From the NCBI GenBank assembly GCA_951406725.2, contig OX597821.1, positions 76,198,001-76,262,000 of the forward strand: a DNA stretch of 64,000 bases, in the 5' to 3' direction. This DNA comes from Octopus vulgaris. Its lineage: Eukaryota. The position numbers and the translations under genes were made by a program. Below the pieces are notes generated by a model. The model worked only from the letters and a program-made list of their open reading frames with translations. It did not search any database and had not been told where the DNA came from. Below are positions 25,247-37,248 of this stretch, one piece after another; positions within the stretch are counted from its first letter, which is position 1, and every line of letters begins with the position of its first letter.

Positions 25247-25979
25247 TATATATATAATCTATGATATTCTAGTAGGTTTCAAGTTTATAACACCTTGATA
25301 TCTCATGTTATCTCATTTTATATGCCTAAGACGTTTATTTTCTATTCTGGTTTTTATATATTTCTATACATTATATTTGTATCTATAATTTATTTTAAGC
25401 CGAATCTTAATACGATCCTTGTACGAGTGAAAGAACAAGAATGTCCTCTGGAACTTTTATTTTCTACCGGTGTTTGTAATCGATGGTGACATGTGCGATG
25501 ATTTTACGACTATCTTATATTTTACAGAGAAATTGGAAGCCCCGAATGTAAGCCACCACTTTATGCATAATTCAATATTTATAGTTCTCTATTTCTAACT
25601 GAAATTCTGTCCTCAATAATTATAGATCTCTATTTCTTCTCGTTCAGTTTATAACTATAACACGCATTCTTGTCTGTCACTTGACAAAGCTTATTTTCTT
25701 CAGCGTTCACCACTTCACCTCGTTAGAGTTAAACAGCCCTTACCGAATGGTTTCACTGTCCTGTTTTTGTTAGCAGCTTTGACGTTCCACGTATCTGAAA
25801 TTTTATTTTATTTTATTTGCTTTGGGGGAGCAATTACTTTGACGAAGACGCATTTCGTTGCAATGCTCACAATATGGAGTAGGTAAAACTGCCAACAACT
25901 GAGGAATGGTTGTTTTTTTTTTTATGCTGCCTTCGCGCTATAGTTCTCTATATATAATTGAAATTCTTTCTTTCTTTCT

Positions 25980-26315
25980 TTCGCCAAGCCAAGCCATAGC
26001 GCTCACTGTGGTGTCGTAGCCTTGGACAGTGAGCCCAATGGCGCCAAGAGCGAGCTCTGGTTGCCATAGCGCTCACTGTGGTGTCGTAGCCTTGGACAGT
26101 GAGCCCAATGGCGCCAAGAGCGAGATCTGGTTGTCATAGCGCTCACTGTGGTGTCGTAGCCTTGGACAGTGAGCCCAGTGGCTCCCAGAGCGAGCTCAAT
26201 ACACTCCGTGGACCATAAGTAAGCCATGCTTAAAATTTGAATGAAATTGGTTGTGTAGTTCTCAAGTTGTAGGTATTCACACAGACAGACAGACCCATTC
26301 TCAGTTTTACATACA
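25980..26315 (-). mobile_element. Non-autonomous Helitron-like (Lep1/DINE-style) 5' region
   Basis: Reverse strand TAAAACTGAGAATG-(GTCT)n-...AACTACACAACCAATTTCATTCAAATTTT... followed by internal tandem repeats, a layout typical of such elements. Confidence 0.55.
25994..26197. repeat. 70-bp GC-rich tandem repeat x about 2.9, with an internal hairpin
   Basis: Units start at 25994, 26064 and 26134. Each has GCTCACTGT-N16-ACAGTGAGC. Confidence 0.95.
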
Positions 26316-26587
26316 TACATGTACGTATGTATATACGCATGGATATATATATATAACATTAGAAATAAACATAACAAACACATATACACGAGTGTATGTA
26401 TATATGAATTGCTTGTGTGCATGTATGTGTATGCGTGTTTATCATTATCACTTTAACCCATCTATCTCTCTTACTATCTCTAAACTTTCCACCTCTCTTT
26501 ATTTGCTTATTAAATTGTCTCCTGACAGCGTGACTCTCTTTTCCAATCACACCCTATCACTCACTTTCTCCTTCTCTCTTTCTCATC

Positions 26588-26644
<57 letters not shown>

Positions 26645-27256
26645 GATCTTCGTCTATCTGTCATATAGTTACACACACACACAGCTATTATGCGTTCCTT
26701 TGTTTCAACGGCTTTTCCGTTTACACTACACATTTCCTGTGTATATTTCCTTCAGTTACTTCCTGAAAGATTGTCAGATGAAATGCTTAGCAGACAAGCA
26801 TCAAGCACTCATCCTATGTGCACCGAACGGAAACGGTGAGCAGAAATTGAATTATTCTGTGAAAAAAAAAAAAAAAAAAAACAACGAAAGAAGAAAAGTA
26901 AAAAAAAAATAAAAACATTTTTTAATGAACATATAAAACAAAATCACAAACAAAATATGGAAATAACAATATAAAACGAAGCGTCTCTGTCTCTAGGAGA
27001 TGTGGGATATGAATTACATATAAAAAAAATATTACAAATACATGCAAAACTAATAAATATACAATTAATAATATTAGAAAAAAACGTGCCAAATATACAT
27101 TAGGCAGCGAAGATTTTCGCGATGTCGAAGTGTTTTCGCTGATGTTTATGTACTGTTTACATCTATACATACGTTGAATGCATTCATCCATCCGTGTATA
27201 TCTATTTACTGATTCTTTGTGTCACGCACCTACACATACACACACACACACTCTCT

Positions 27257-27310
<54 letters not shown>

Positions 27311-27849
27311 TACATGTGTGCGTATATACACGTATACGTATATGCATACGATATGTATGTGCTTGTGTGTGTGTATTATATATATATACATATATAGCAC
27401 ATACACCTATATATATATATATATATATACATATGTGTGTATTATATATATAGCACATGCACCTATATATATATATATATATATACATATGTGTGTATTA
27501 TATATATATATATAGCACATACACCTATATATATATATATACATATGTGTGTATTATATATATATATAGCACATACACCAATATATATATATATACCTAT
27601 GTGGGGGGCTGGTTTAGCAGTTCGTGTTCAATAGCCTAATAATCATAAATGCAAGCAAAAAAAGTGTGATGAAAGCCACAACAACATCGAAGAGGATAGA
27701 AAGATATGAAACATATTCCAAAACCTCGAGTAGTAAAATACGAAGATGTGACAACGCCATCAATGGATTTCATTTGAGAAAACCTTAGCACTTTGCTGAC
27801 CTCCCTTTCTTCTGTTTCGATTGTTATTTACCCCCACACCACGCACACA

Positions 27850-27887
<38 letters not shown>

Positions 27888-28029
27888 CATAGACAACATA
27901 CATACACATAAAGCCCTTACCTGCAGGAACCAATGAGAAGCCACTATGAAATAACAGCTACATTTACCTCAAATCGTCCCGTCGTGGAAAAAGCCGGAGG
28001 AGGCACACACATATAAATATGTATGTATG

Positions 28030-28092
<63 letters not shown>

Positions 28093-28477
28093 ATGTATGT
28101 ATATGCATGTATGTATATGCATGTATGTATATGCATGTATGTATATATATGCATGTATGTATGTATATATATGCATGTATGTATGTATATATATGTATAT
28201 ATATCTCGGCAAGCCATTGAATGAGTGAGTTGGGACTAATCAAACAAAGAAAAAAGGAAGAAATGGAGACGACAGCTATGACACTTGTTTCACAAATATT
28301 TTAAGATGAACGAACAAAATGCGTCCCTCTGCTGTCGCTTGTCCCAATATAAACATCCAAATTAACCCCAAAGCACACTTTGGTAACTTTGAATGTAGTC
28401 CTGGATTTTTAGTTTCTTTGTCAGCCATTAGTCTGCGGCCATGCTGGGGTTGAATTAACTGCTGCGTACGAAGGTGT

Positions 28478-28712
28478 ACCTATTTCTTTACTACCCCACA
28501 AAGGGCTAAACACTGAGAGGACGAACAAGGACAGACAAACGGTTTAAGTCGATCCTATCGACCCCAGTGCGTAACTATACTTATTTAATCGACCCCGAAA
28601 GGATGAAAGGCAAAGTCGACCTCGGCGGAATTTGAACTCAGAACGTAACGGCAGACGAAATACCGCTAAGCATTTCGCCCGGCGCGCTAACGTTTCTGCC
28701 AGCTCGCCGCCT
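28478..28712 (-). mobile_element. SINE family A, full head
   Basis: Ends TTTCTGCCAGCTCGCCGCC. The flanking CTGCGTACGAAGGTGTACC is duplicated at 28462-28480 and 28716-28734, a probable TSD. Confidence 0.92.
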
Positions 28713-29146
28713 TCACTGCGTACGAAGGTGTACCAACATCATTTGCCAAGTGGTGGTGAAGGACAGATACCAAGACACACACACTCACACACACACGCAC
28801 ATACACATATAATTGTTTAAGAGGACCACAAACATTAAAGCGAGGGAAACATCTCAAGTCTTATACATTATTATTATTGGGTAAAACATTTATTTCCAAT
28901 AACAATGAATTTCTGTTTTTAAATTTTCATGCTAATATTAATAATAATGTATATGACTTGAGATGTTTGTCTTGCCCCAATGTTTGTTGTCCCCTTTAAC
29001 AATTATATATCCGCTATATCGGAAATCTGCAATGGTTCCATAACTCCCGTCTTGGCTATAACCTTGGAGCCCCAGTTGTCCGTTACAGCACTTACCTAGC
29101 GTATCTTGTCGTTTAGATTACCTGTGAACTAAACCCCCATACTTTC

Positions 29147-29181
<35 letters not shown>

Positions 29182-29189
29182 GCGCGTGC

Positions 29190-29345
29190 GATGAGCTTCT
29201 TACTGTTTCTGTTTAACCAATCCACTCACTAGGATTTGGTCGACCAGAGGCTATATTAGAAGATACCTGCCCAAAATGCCATGCAGTGAAAGTGAACCAG
29301 GAGCTATGTGGTTGGAAAGCAAGCTTCTTACCACACAGCTATGCC
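29190..29345 (-). mobile_element. SINE family B, diverged 5' half
   Basis: TCCACTCACTAGG...CTGCCCAAAATGCCATGCAGTG...TTCTTACCACACAGCTATGCCTG. Confidence 0.75.
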
Positions 29346-29699
29346 TGACGAAAAGAGATTGTCACGCCAGGAACACTTTTTAATTAGCAGTTTTCTTTAT
29401 CAGGACTAGTTTGGTTCTAAAGAACAATTAAGGTTAAATTGCTTGATACAGTAGAAACTTTCACATAGTCTTTTAAACTTTAGAAATAGAAGCCAAGTCA
29501 TTTTTAACTCACACCCTTCTGTTTTAAAAATGAAGGGTAGATTGGATATTTCAAAACAAGATAAGATTATCACTGTTCGAGAACCTTCGATCTTAAGTGT
29601 TTTCAACCAGGCGTTTTTGTTGGAGTTAAAGAACTGGTTACTAAACATTTATGTTGCTAGTTTTGTTTGAAGAGTTACGAATATAACACATCTTAGTAA

Positions 29700-30090
29700 A
29701 GCGGCGAGCTGGCAGAATCGTTAGCACGCCGGGCGAAATGCTTAGCGACATTTTGTAAAACTTTACGTTCTGAGTTCAAATTCCGCCGAGGTCGATTTTG
29801 CCTTTCATCCATTCGGAGTCGATAATTAAATACCAGTTATCGACTGGCCCCCTCCCCAAAGGTTTTGGGCTTTGTACCCAGAGTAGAAAAGAAAAGAACC
29901 GTTAATGTGCCGAGGAAAATGCTTAGCGACATTTCGTACAACTTTACGTTCAGAGTTCAAATTCCGTCGAGGTCGACTTTGACTTTGCCTTACAACATTT
30001 CAGGGTTGGATAAAAGAAGTACCAGTTGAGTACTGCGGTCGATATAATTGACTTACCTTCTTCCCCCTAACTTACTGACTTTCAGTCAAA
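29700..30090 (+). mobile_element. Two adjacent SINE family A copies
   Basis: GCGGCGAGCTGGCAGAATCGTTAGCACGCCGGGCGAAATGC at 29701, and a second core at about 29950. Confidence 0.88.
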
Positions 30091-30684
30091 ATTTGAAACC
30101 AATTTTACACTTCTTAATCATACGTCTACTAAACGAGAAACAATGAAAGGTGATGAAGTTGGCAGCAGTAATATAGCCCAAATAACAGAAAAAATATGTG
30201 CTGCAAGGATCTAAGTTCAAATTACTCATGTATATGCATTGCTTTTCATCCTCTTTGTGTTGATGAAATATACTTGCATTGGAATCATTGATATTAAGCA
30301 AAGGGCCTTCTATTGGCTCTCTTTTGTTTCCTTTATCATTTACAAAGCTGAGAGAAATATTTCATTTAAATTGCAAATTAGGAGTGTCACATGATTCTAG
30401 ATAACAACTGTACCAGGGTAGATTTCTCCTGGTAAATTGAATGGATTTGTATTAATGTCACTTCAATAACTGGATACCCAGCAACGACGTTCAGAACGTG
30501 TAAGCTGACTGGGAAGCTTGTATTCTTGATAGAGGCTCTTAGACTATTCCTATGTATATTTTCTTTTAACAACAGTGAAAAAGTAAAATATCTACACTAC
30601 TCTGAAATGTCACCCGTTCTTTCAAGATCACCCATTCACCGAAGTTAGTGCTGAGTCATAGGGTCCGCTATGAAGATTCGCTAT

Positions 30685-30938
30685 ATTTTCATTGGCGTAT
30701 AGGTTCCCCACCTGGACGGGACGCCGATCCGTCACAGGTGAGCTGTAAGATGCAGAAGGTGAGAGCGAGAGAAAGTTGTGGCGAAAGAGTGAGCAGAAGT
30801 TTGACATTACCTTCTGCCGGAGCCGCGTGGAACTAAGGTGTTTCCCTCACAAACACACACATCACCCGGTCTGAGATTCGAACCCACGATCCCTCGACCG
30901 CTAGTCCACTGCTCTAACTACTAGACCATGTGCCTCCA
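30685..30938 (-). mobile_element. tRNA-derived SINE with family C head/body and family D-like tail
   Basis: Reverse strand GGAGGCACATGGTCTAGTAGTTAGAGCAG...GGTTCGAATCTCAGACCGGG...GGCTCCGGCAG...CTGTGACGGATCGGCGTCCCGTCCAGGTGGGGAACCTATACGCCA. Confidence 0.78.
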
Positions 30939-31089
30939 CAAAGATGTAATTGAAGTTATTTTATTCACTTGGAAGTCAAAACCAATGTTGGATACATCAA
31001 GAAAATGTGCCATGTTCCACAGTGTTTAATACACTCAATGGTATCACATTTAGGTTCATTCATTCCAGTAAGAAGACACATTCTTTAAT

Positions 31090-31480
31090 ACTCTAGGCAC
31101 AAGGCCCGAAATTTTCGAGGAAGGAGCCAGACAATTATATCAACCCCAGTGCGTAACTGGTACTTAATTTATCGACCCCAAAAGAATGAAAGGCAAGGGC
31201 GACCTCGGCGGAATTTGAACTCAGAACGTAGCGGCAGACGAAATACCTATTTCTTTACTACCCACAAGGGGCTAAACACAGAGAGTACAAACAAGGACAG
31301 ACAAACGGATTAAGTCGATTATATCGACCCCAGTGCGTAACCGGTACTTATTTAATCGACCCCGAAAGGATGAAAGGTAAAAGTCAACCTCGGCGGAATT
31401 TGAACTCAGAACGTAGCGGCAGGCGAAATACCGCTAAGCATTTCGCCCAGCCTGCTAACGATTCTGCCAGTTCTACCGCC
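31090..31480 (-). mobile_element. SINE family A, two-unit form
   Basis: The core appears twice (about 31175-31240 and 31355-31425), linked by CTATTTCTTTACTACCCACAAGGGGCTAAACAC. Confidence 0.9.
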
Positions 31481-31821
31481 GAATAATTAGATATCGTCAT
31501 ACTCATGGTTTGTCCAAAGGAATTACCTATGTAAAGTGACATGGTGCAAAATATTTCGCAAAGTTTTGCTGCTGGCTTTTTCTTGTGTGGGAAGGATAGA
31601 ATTGTCGCTATTGTTAACAGTCATGGATACGGTAAAAGATATGCTGTAGCTGTTGTTGATGATGATGATTACGATGATGATAACGGTAAGGAGGAGGTGG
31701 ATTTTGGTGGTGGTGAGAGTTGTGGAAGAGATCGCGACGTTCTGGTGGTTAAGTATTCAACGATTAATCAATTCTAAGTGTCAATGAATTGAACGCTGAT
31801 ATGCAGGAGATAAAAACATAT

Positions 31822-32240
31822 ACAGGAGCAGGAGTGGTTGTGTGGTAAGTAAGTTGCTTACCAACCACATGGTTCCGAGTTCAGTTCCACTGCGAGGCAC
31901 CTTGGGCAAGTGTTTTCTATTATAGCTTCTGGGCGACCATAGCCTTGTGAGTGGATTTGGTAGACGGAAACTGAAAGAAGCCCGTCGTATATGTGTATAT
32001 GTGTGTGGGTGTGTGGGTGTATGTGTGAGTACATGTGTGTATGCGTCCCCCCAACATTGCTTGACAACCGATACTGGTGTGTTTACGTCCCCGTAACTTA
32101 GCGGTTCGACAAACGATGCCGATAGAATAAGTACTAGGCTTACAAAGAATAATTTCTGGGGTCGATTTGCTCGACTAAAGGCGGTGCTCCAGCATGGTTG
32201 CAGTCAAATGACTGAAACAAGTAAAAGAATAAGAGAATAA
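31822..32240 (+). mobile_element. SINE family B, full length
   Basis: GGAGCAGGAGTGGTTGTGTGGTAAG...GGCGGTGCTCCAGCATGGTTGCAGTCAAATGACTGAAACAAGTAAAAGAATAAGAG. Confidence 0.92.
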
Positions 32241-32247
32241 TAGAATC

Positions 32248-33765
32248 TATGGTGGTTGTCTACTCCTTATGCAGAGTTTGGCCACCTTTTGTACCTACAC
32301 CTTAGAACCATCACGGCATCTGATGTGGCTTTTTAAACCAGACAATGTTTTGAAAAGACACCCACATAGATTGCATATCCGATTTGGACCATCAAGAGCT
32401 GCAGTTAAGTTCTGATCTTTGTGGATCTTCAAATGTCTTTTGATGCCTCCGTTAGATTTGCAAACCTTCTGGCATACACTGCATTCAAAGGTATGCACAG
32501 ACATATAGGCAGAATAGCTGGTGGAGGTTCATTTTCCATGGGTTCTCAAACGGTCTCTTACAAACTGTGCAGACAAAAATATCATTGTGATTCACCTCGA
32601 TTATAACGCTCTTGAGTCTTGCATGCGCTATCCTGGCCTTTTCAAACGCTTTCACTCCACACTTTTGTTCGCCATTCAGCTCGATCCGAAGCAAAGGTTT
32701 CTATGTACACTGGATCCATTCCAAGCGACTTCATAGTAATCCTTATGCCGTCCTTAAACCTTTTTTTAGGTTTACACCAATAGCGGTTCCCCTCTGCAAG
32801 CTCACCATAAAACACCTGCCTGGGAGTGCGTTTATCCAGCATTCGAACAATATGGCCACACCATCTCATTCGGTTTTCCAAAACCATAGCTTTAATTGAG
32901 CTGATGCCTGCAGATGCAAGGGGATCTGTGTTTGGAGTAAAAACAACTCCATTTAATGTTTAAAATGCGATGAAGGCATTTTGGGTGGAATTGTTCTAAC
33001 AATTTGAAATGTCTTTCATAACATGTCCATGTCTCAGAAGAATATAACAGGAATACTAGGATAAATGATTTGTAAATAGAGCCAATTTTGTGTTATTTAT
33101 ATGTCGTTGGCTCCAAGCGCGTGACTCCAAGCCACCAAATGCTTGTGCTGCCCTATGAATTCGCAGATGTATTTCTGTATCAAGATTTCCATCATTTAGT
33201 ACAGCGCTTCCAAGGTAGATGAAAGAATTAACAACCTCAGGTAACTTACCGTTAACAAAAACTTTAGTGGGGTTGCAAACACCATCACATGCAGGTTGAT
33301 ACATTACAACTGTTTTTTTTTTGTTTGTTTGCTTGTTTTTCAAGTTGATGGTCAAGCCAAAATCATCCGAAGCTGAATCAAATGCCAGATACAAGAGATT
33401 GCAGACTTGTTTCAGACTGACTGACAAGATCGCAATCGTCAACGTACAAAAGTTCCTTAGTGAGTGAAGTAAAAACTTTCGTTTTGAATTTCAGCCTGGT
33501 CAGATTAAAAACATTCCCTGTTATTCGATATTTTATGTAAATACTCTCCTCGGAGTTTTGAAAAGCGTGTGACAGCACAACAGCAAAGTATATTGCAAAG
33601 AGGGTGGGTGCATCAATGTCTCCTTGCTTTACTCCATTTTCCACGGCAAAAGATTCAGAGAGCCTACAACCAAAATTAACTCTAGCTTTCATATCTTGAT
33701 GCAAAGCCATGATAATGTTTACACATTTTTCTGGGCAGCCTATTTTCCTTAGAATTAGCCACAGA
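32248..33765 (-). mobile_element. 5'-truncated RTE/BovB-like LINE with C-terminal C2H2 zinc fingers
   Basis: LRKIGCPEK, NGVKQGDIDAPTLF, LLYVDD, FIYLGS, RWCGHIVRM...GEL...KRFKD, then CTVC, CSVCQKVCKSNGGIKRHLKIH and [19 protein letters not shown]. Multiple frameshifts. The 5' side abuts a SINE A tail. Confidence 0.93.
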
Positions 33766-34774
33766 GTTGCGTACTGAGGTCGATCTAATCGACTGGCCCC
33801 CTCCCACAAAATATTGGGCCCAGAAAACTGAGAAATTCTTAGAAAGTTTGCTCTCGACTCGCATTATTTTCCTCGTGTTAGTAGTAGTAGTAGTCGGTTC
33901 CAAATAATTTTCCCTGACCTCACACATCAGTGATCAATTGTCTGCTTTGTCCTACATCCATTTCTTGTCTATTAGACTCCTGTTTGAGCAAACTCACACA
34001 CACACACACATGTTTTGGTGCATCTCAGCCGTAATGTCTATTTTGTCCAGTATCCTTTTCTACCTTATTCAATATGCATTCATAAGACATTAGACTGTGA
34101 TTAGAAATCTGATTGAATGCCCACATTTAGCTGTCATCTTTCATAAATGTGTTAGTTTTCGTTTCTTAAACTTCGACGGTGTTGTCTAAATAACAAAAGC
34201 TATTTGCTTATTATGAACTTCCTTCATCGTAACTTTTTACGTGGTAGAATCTGTCAGTATTATTAATTTTGTGGAAACTTTAGATGATGTTAGAATTCTA
34301 AGCTTTAGTACAAATCGAGCGTATTTCCACGATAGTCTATGTAAATATTCAAACTGTTGTTGCAAACACTGGCAGTAGAAAGGCAGTTTAGAACAGCGTT
34401 TAAGAGGAAAGTTTTCACAGATTTATTTAACATCGTTGGTCCGTCTTTCGATTCATTGTATGGTCGGAGTTTCATAAATATTTAGATATTTAAAACAACA
34501 AGTATGTGGAACAGGACACATACAGAAACCAAATATGTTAACAATATTCTCTTCCACTCCCTACATCAGAAGAAAACTTTTACATCACATCGAGATGTTT
34601 TTCAATGATGCCTTTATTTTCAGTTTTGATCTATAGAGCACCGTAAAAAGAAGTGGATTGTCATATCGGTATATATTTGAGATGCTGACATGTACACCCT
34701 TGCATAGAACCAAATGATTCTTCACCATCAATAATAGTGGTATTTACTGTTCTAGTTTTTAGAGACGATGGATT

Positions 34775-35040
34775 CTGTACATTATTTACTTTATTTACAT
34801 TGGACAGATATGTGTCCCCATGTTGTTTGTTGTTACCTCAACGTTTCGGCTGATTTACTCACCAGCTTTCATCAGGTGTCCTGGTAGAATACCTTAGGAA
34901 TGAGAACCCAGGGTTGAGTTCAAAATACTTATAGGACACCTTATGAAAGCTGGAGAGTAAATCAGTCGAAATGTTGTGGTAACAACAAACAAGAACAGGA
35001 CACATATCCATCCAATGTAAATAATGTAAATAATGTACAG
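34775..35040. mobile_element. Penelope-like inverted repeat (about 105-bp arms) with a minimal hammerhead
   Basis: Minus strand 34837-34878: CAC-CTGATGA-aaGCTGgtgagtaaatCAGCc-GAAAC-GTT-GAG. The opposite arm is degenerate (CTTATGA, GAAATGTTGTG). Confidence 0.72.
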
Positions 35041-35057
35041 TGGTGTTTATTATCCAA

Positions 35058-35137
<80 letters not shown>

Positions 35138-35439
35138 GAATACATATACATATAAATATATATATATATATATATGTATATTCATCATGAAGTATAGCCT
35201 CATATATGTAAATGTTTAAATATATTTTAAATCCAAAACACAGCAAGTTAAAAAAGTTTAAAAACTTGTCGATAGTTAGTAGTCATAGATTCCTAGTAGC
35301 CATAGACGTGAAATACTAATCGATGCAGTTAGCCGTAACCTGGAGCATAACTGAGAGCTACCATGGTATACGCCCGGATAATATATCCCTCTAAAATCAT
35401 AATTCTCGTATTTCAACGAGCAACTCAGACGATATACCA

Positions 35440-35745
35440 AAATGTGGAGAGAAATAATATCAATGCATCCCTAAAAAATGTCCCATTTTCACCTAAGGAA
35501 TACATATCAGATTTCCTCGACAAAACCAGTTCCTTTATACATCGCATGAGGTGTTGGTGGGGCATACTGTCTCGATTGGGAAGAAGAAATGATTATAAAC
35601 GCCAAGAATTATGAGAAGATGCATTATATATTCAAAACGAGGAAATATCCACCACCAAATCCGCAACTGGCAGGATTCGAAGATGACCTTTGGAGTCTAG
35701 CAAGAAACATTCAATGCCACAAATTCCCCTTGAAGAAGATTCAGA
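35440..35745 (+). mobile_element. Penelope-like ORF N-terminal fragment (Naiad-like)
   Basis: SLKNVPFSPKEYISDFLDKTSSFIHRMR...FKTRKYPPPNPQLAGFEDDLWSLARNIQ. From memory this resembles the SLKNIPIP..Y...K.E.FI.RMRW...GFKS...PP....L..FE.DL motif of invertebrate PLEs. Confidence 0.65.
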
Positions 35746-36150
35746 ACAATCTTCCCCTCACTTCTCTTTATACCTTAATCAATTAATAAGAGAATGAATT
35801 TAGTTGGTTTTTAGTAAAGTTAGTCGAAAGACCTTCATTGATAGTGCACAGAAAATTATGCCCGGCTGCATATGAAACTGCTTGGACTCTGTGCTGTGGA
35901 AACACGTATAGGTCATCGTAACCATAAAAATTTGTTGTATGACACCATATTCCTCGCGTTCGGTAAAATGTGTTATTATGGTATTTTTAACTTTAACAGT
36001 CCCTCGTAGCTTGAGGCATTTATGTATAGTAATACCCTTAATATAAATAAATATATTTAAAGGGAGTGATTAATAAATTTTCTCTTATGAGGTTTTTTCA
36101 TGCTGACTACTTGAGAAATTCTGCTAAAGACTTTATCCTATTTAAAAATT

Positions 36151-36240
<90 letters not shown>

Positions 36241-36289
36241 TAGTAAAAAGTGAAAAAACTACAGAAGGCTTGTTTTAAAAGGTTAAAAA

Positions 36290-36661
36290 TATATATTTAA
36301 GTCAATATGTCTGAAGAATATTATAAATTTTTTTCTTACAATGACATAATTTAGAAGAAAGACCGGTTTCGCGTTTAGCTTTTCAAATTTCTTACGTCGT
36401 TATGTTTATGTTGAGAAGAGTTATCGTTATGTTTATGTTGTAAAGAGTTCTAGATAAGGGGAGGTAATGAGTGATTTCTTCCGGTGTAAGGGAGATAATC
36501 GCTTAAAATTTGTTTCCCTTCCTTTGGGGTGAATTTCTCTGTATAAGTATGTTGGAATGGTTAAGTCTGGGCTTGTACTTTTCAATGAAGAATGTTTCCT
36601 TGTTTAGTCTAATTTGTGTTGATGATCCGATAGCACATTGGTAAAATGGAAAGATTAGTTG

Positions 36662-36662
<1 letters not shown>
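36290..36662 (-). mobile_element. Penelope-like 3' end: GIY-YIG C-terminus plus degenerate hammerhead
   Basis: LIFPFYQC...RLNKETFFIEKYKPRLN (E..FI....P.LN), then AAGAAATTTGAAAAGCtaaacGCGAAACCGGTCTTTCTT. Confidence 0.68.
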
Positions 36663-36709
<47 letters not shown>

Positions 36710-36849
36710 CATACATGCATATATATATATATATATATAATAAGAGTAAATAATAGCTTTAATGGTTTAGAAAAAAAAAACAATTATTTACTGGTAGATT
36801 TCGGCATGTTGCCTGCCTTTTTTATTTATATATATATATATTTCAAAAT

Positions 36850-37039
36850 GTAACCACATGTGAATCGTTGGCGATTTTCTTTCTCCGTCTTCCCTTCTAT
36901 TGCACTTCCCTCTATTTCTTAAGAAGAGTATTCCTCGAAACGTTAAACCATCTTTCTTTCCTTTCCTGAGCGCCTGCTAATACATTACATGTACCACGTC
37001 CTCGCGTTGTTCTTTTCTGTGTTTGTTCTTTTGGGGTTT

Positions 37040-37045
<6 letters not shown>
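36850..37045 (+). mobile_element. Short PLE-derived element with degenerate minimal hammerhead (related motif at 60535-60567)
   Basis: TTT-CTTAAGA-aGAGtattcCTC-GAAACGTT-AAA here, versus TTT-CCGACGA-aGAGatatgCTC-GAAACGTT-AAA at 60535. Confidence 0.55.
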
Positions 37046-37080
<35 letters not shown>

Positions 37081-37248
37081 TATGCATGCATGCATTATAA
37101 TTCACATAGGAAAACCCATTTCTTCAAGGTAAAGTACATCTAAGAACGGATCGTAAATATTTATAGAGGTATTTGTATATACATCTATACACAAATTTAA
37201 GAGTGTCGCATCCATATATTTGTATACATGTTTAAATGCATACCTACA

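Noticed and set aside
32295-32504. Stand-alone zinc-finger gene
   Set aside because: Contiguous with RTE ORF remnants and repeated at 48412, so it is part of the LINE.
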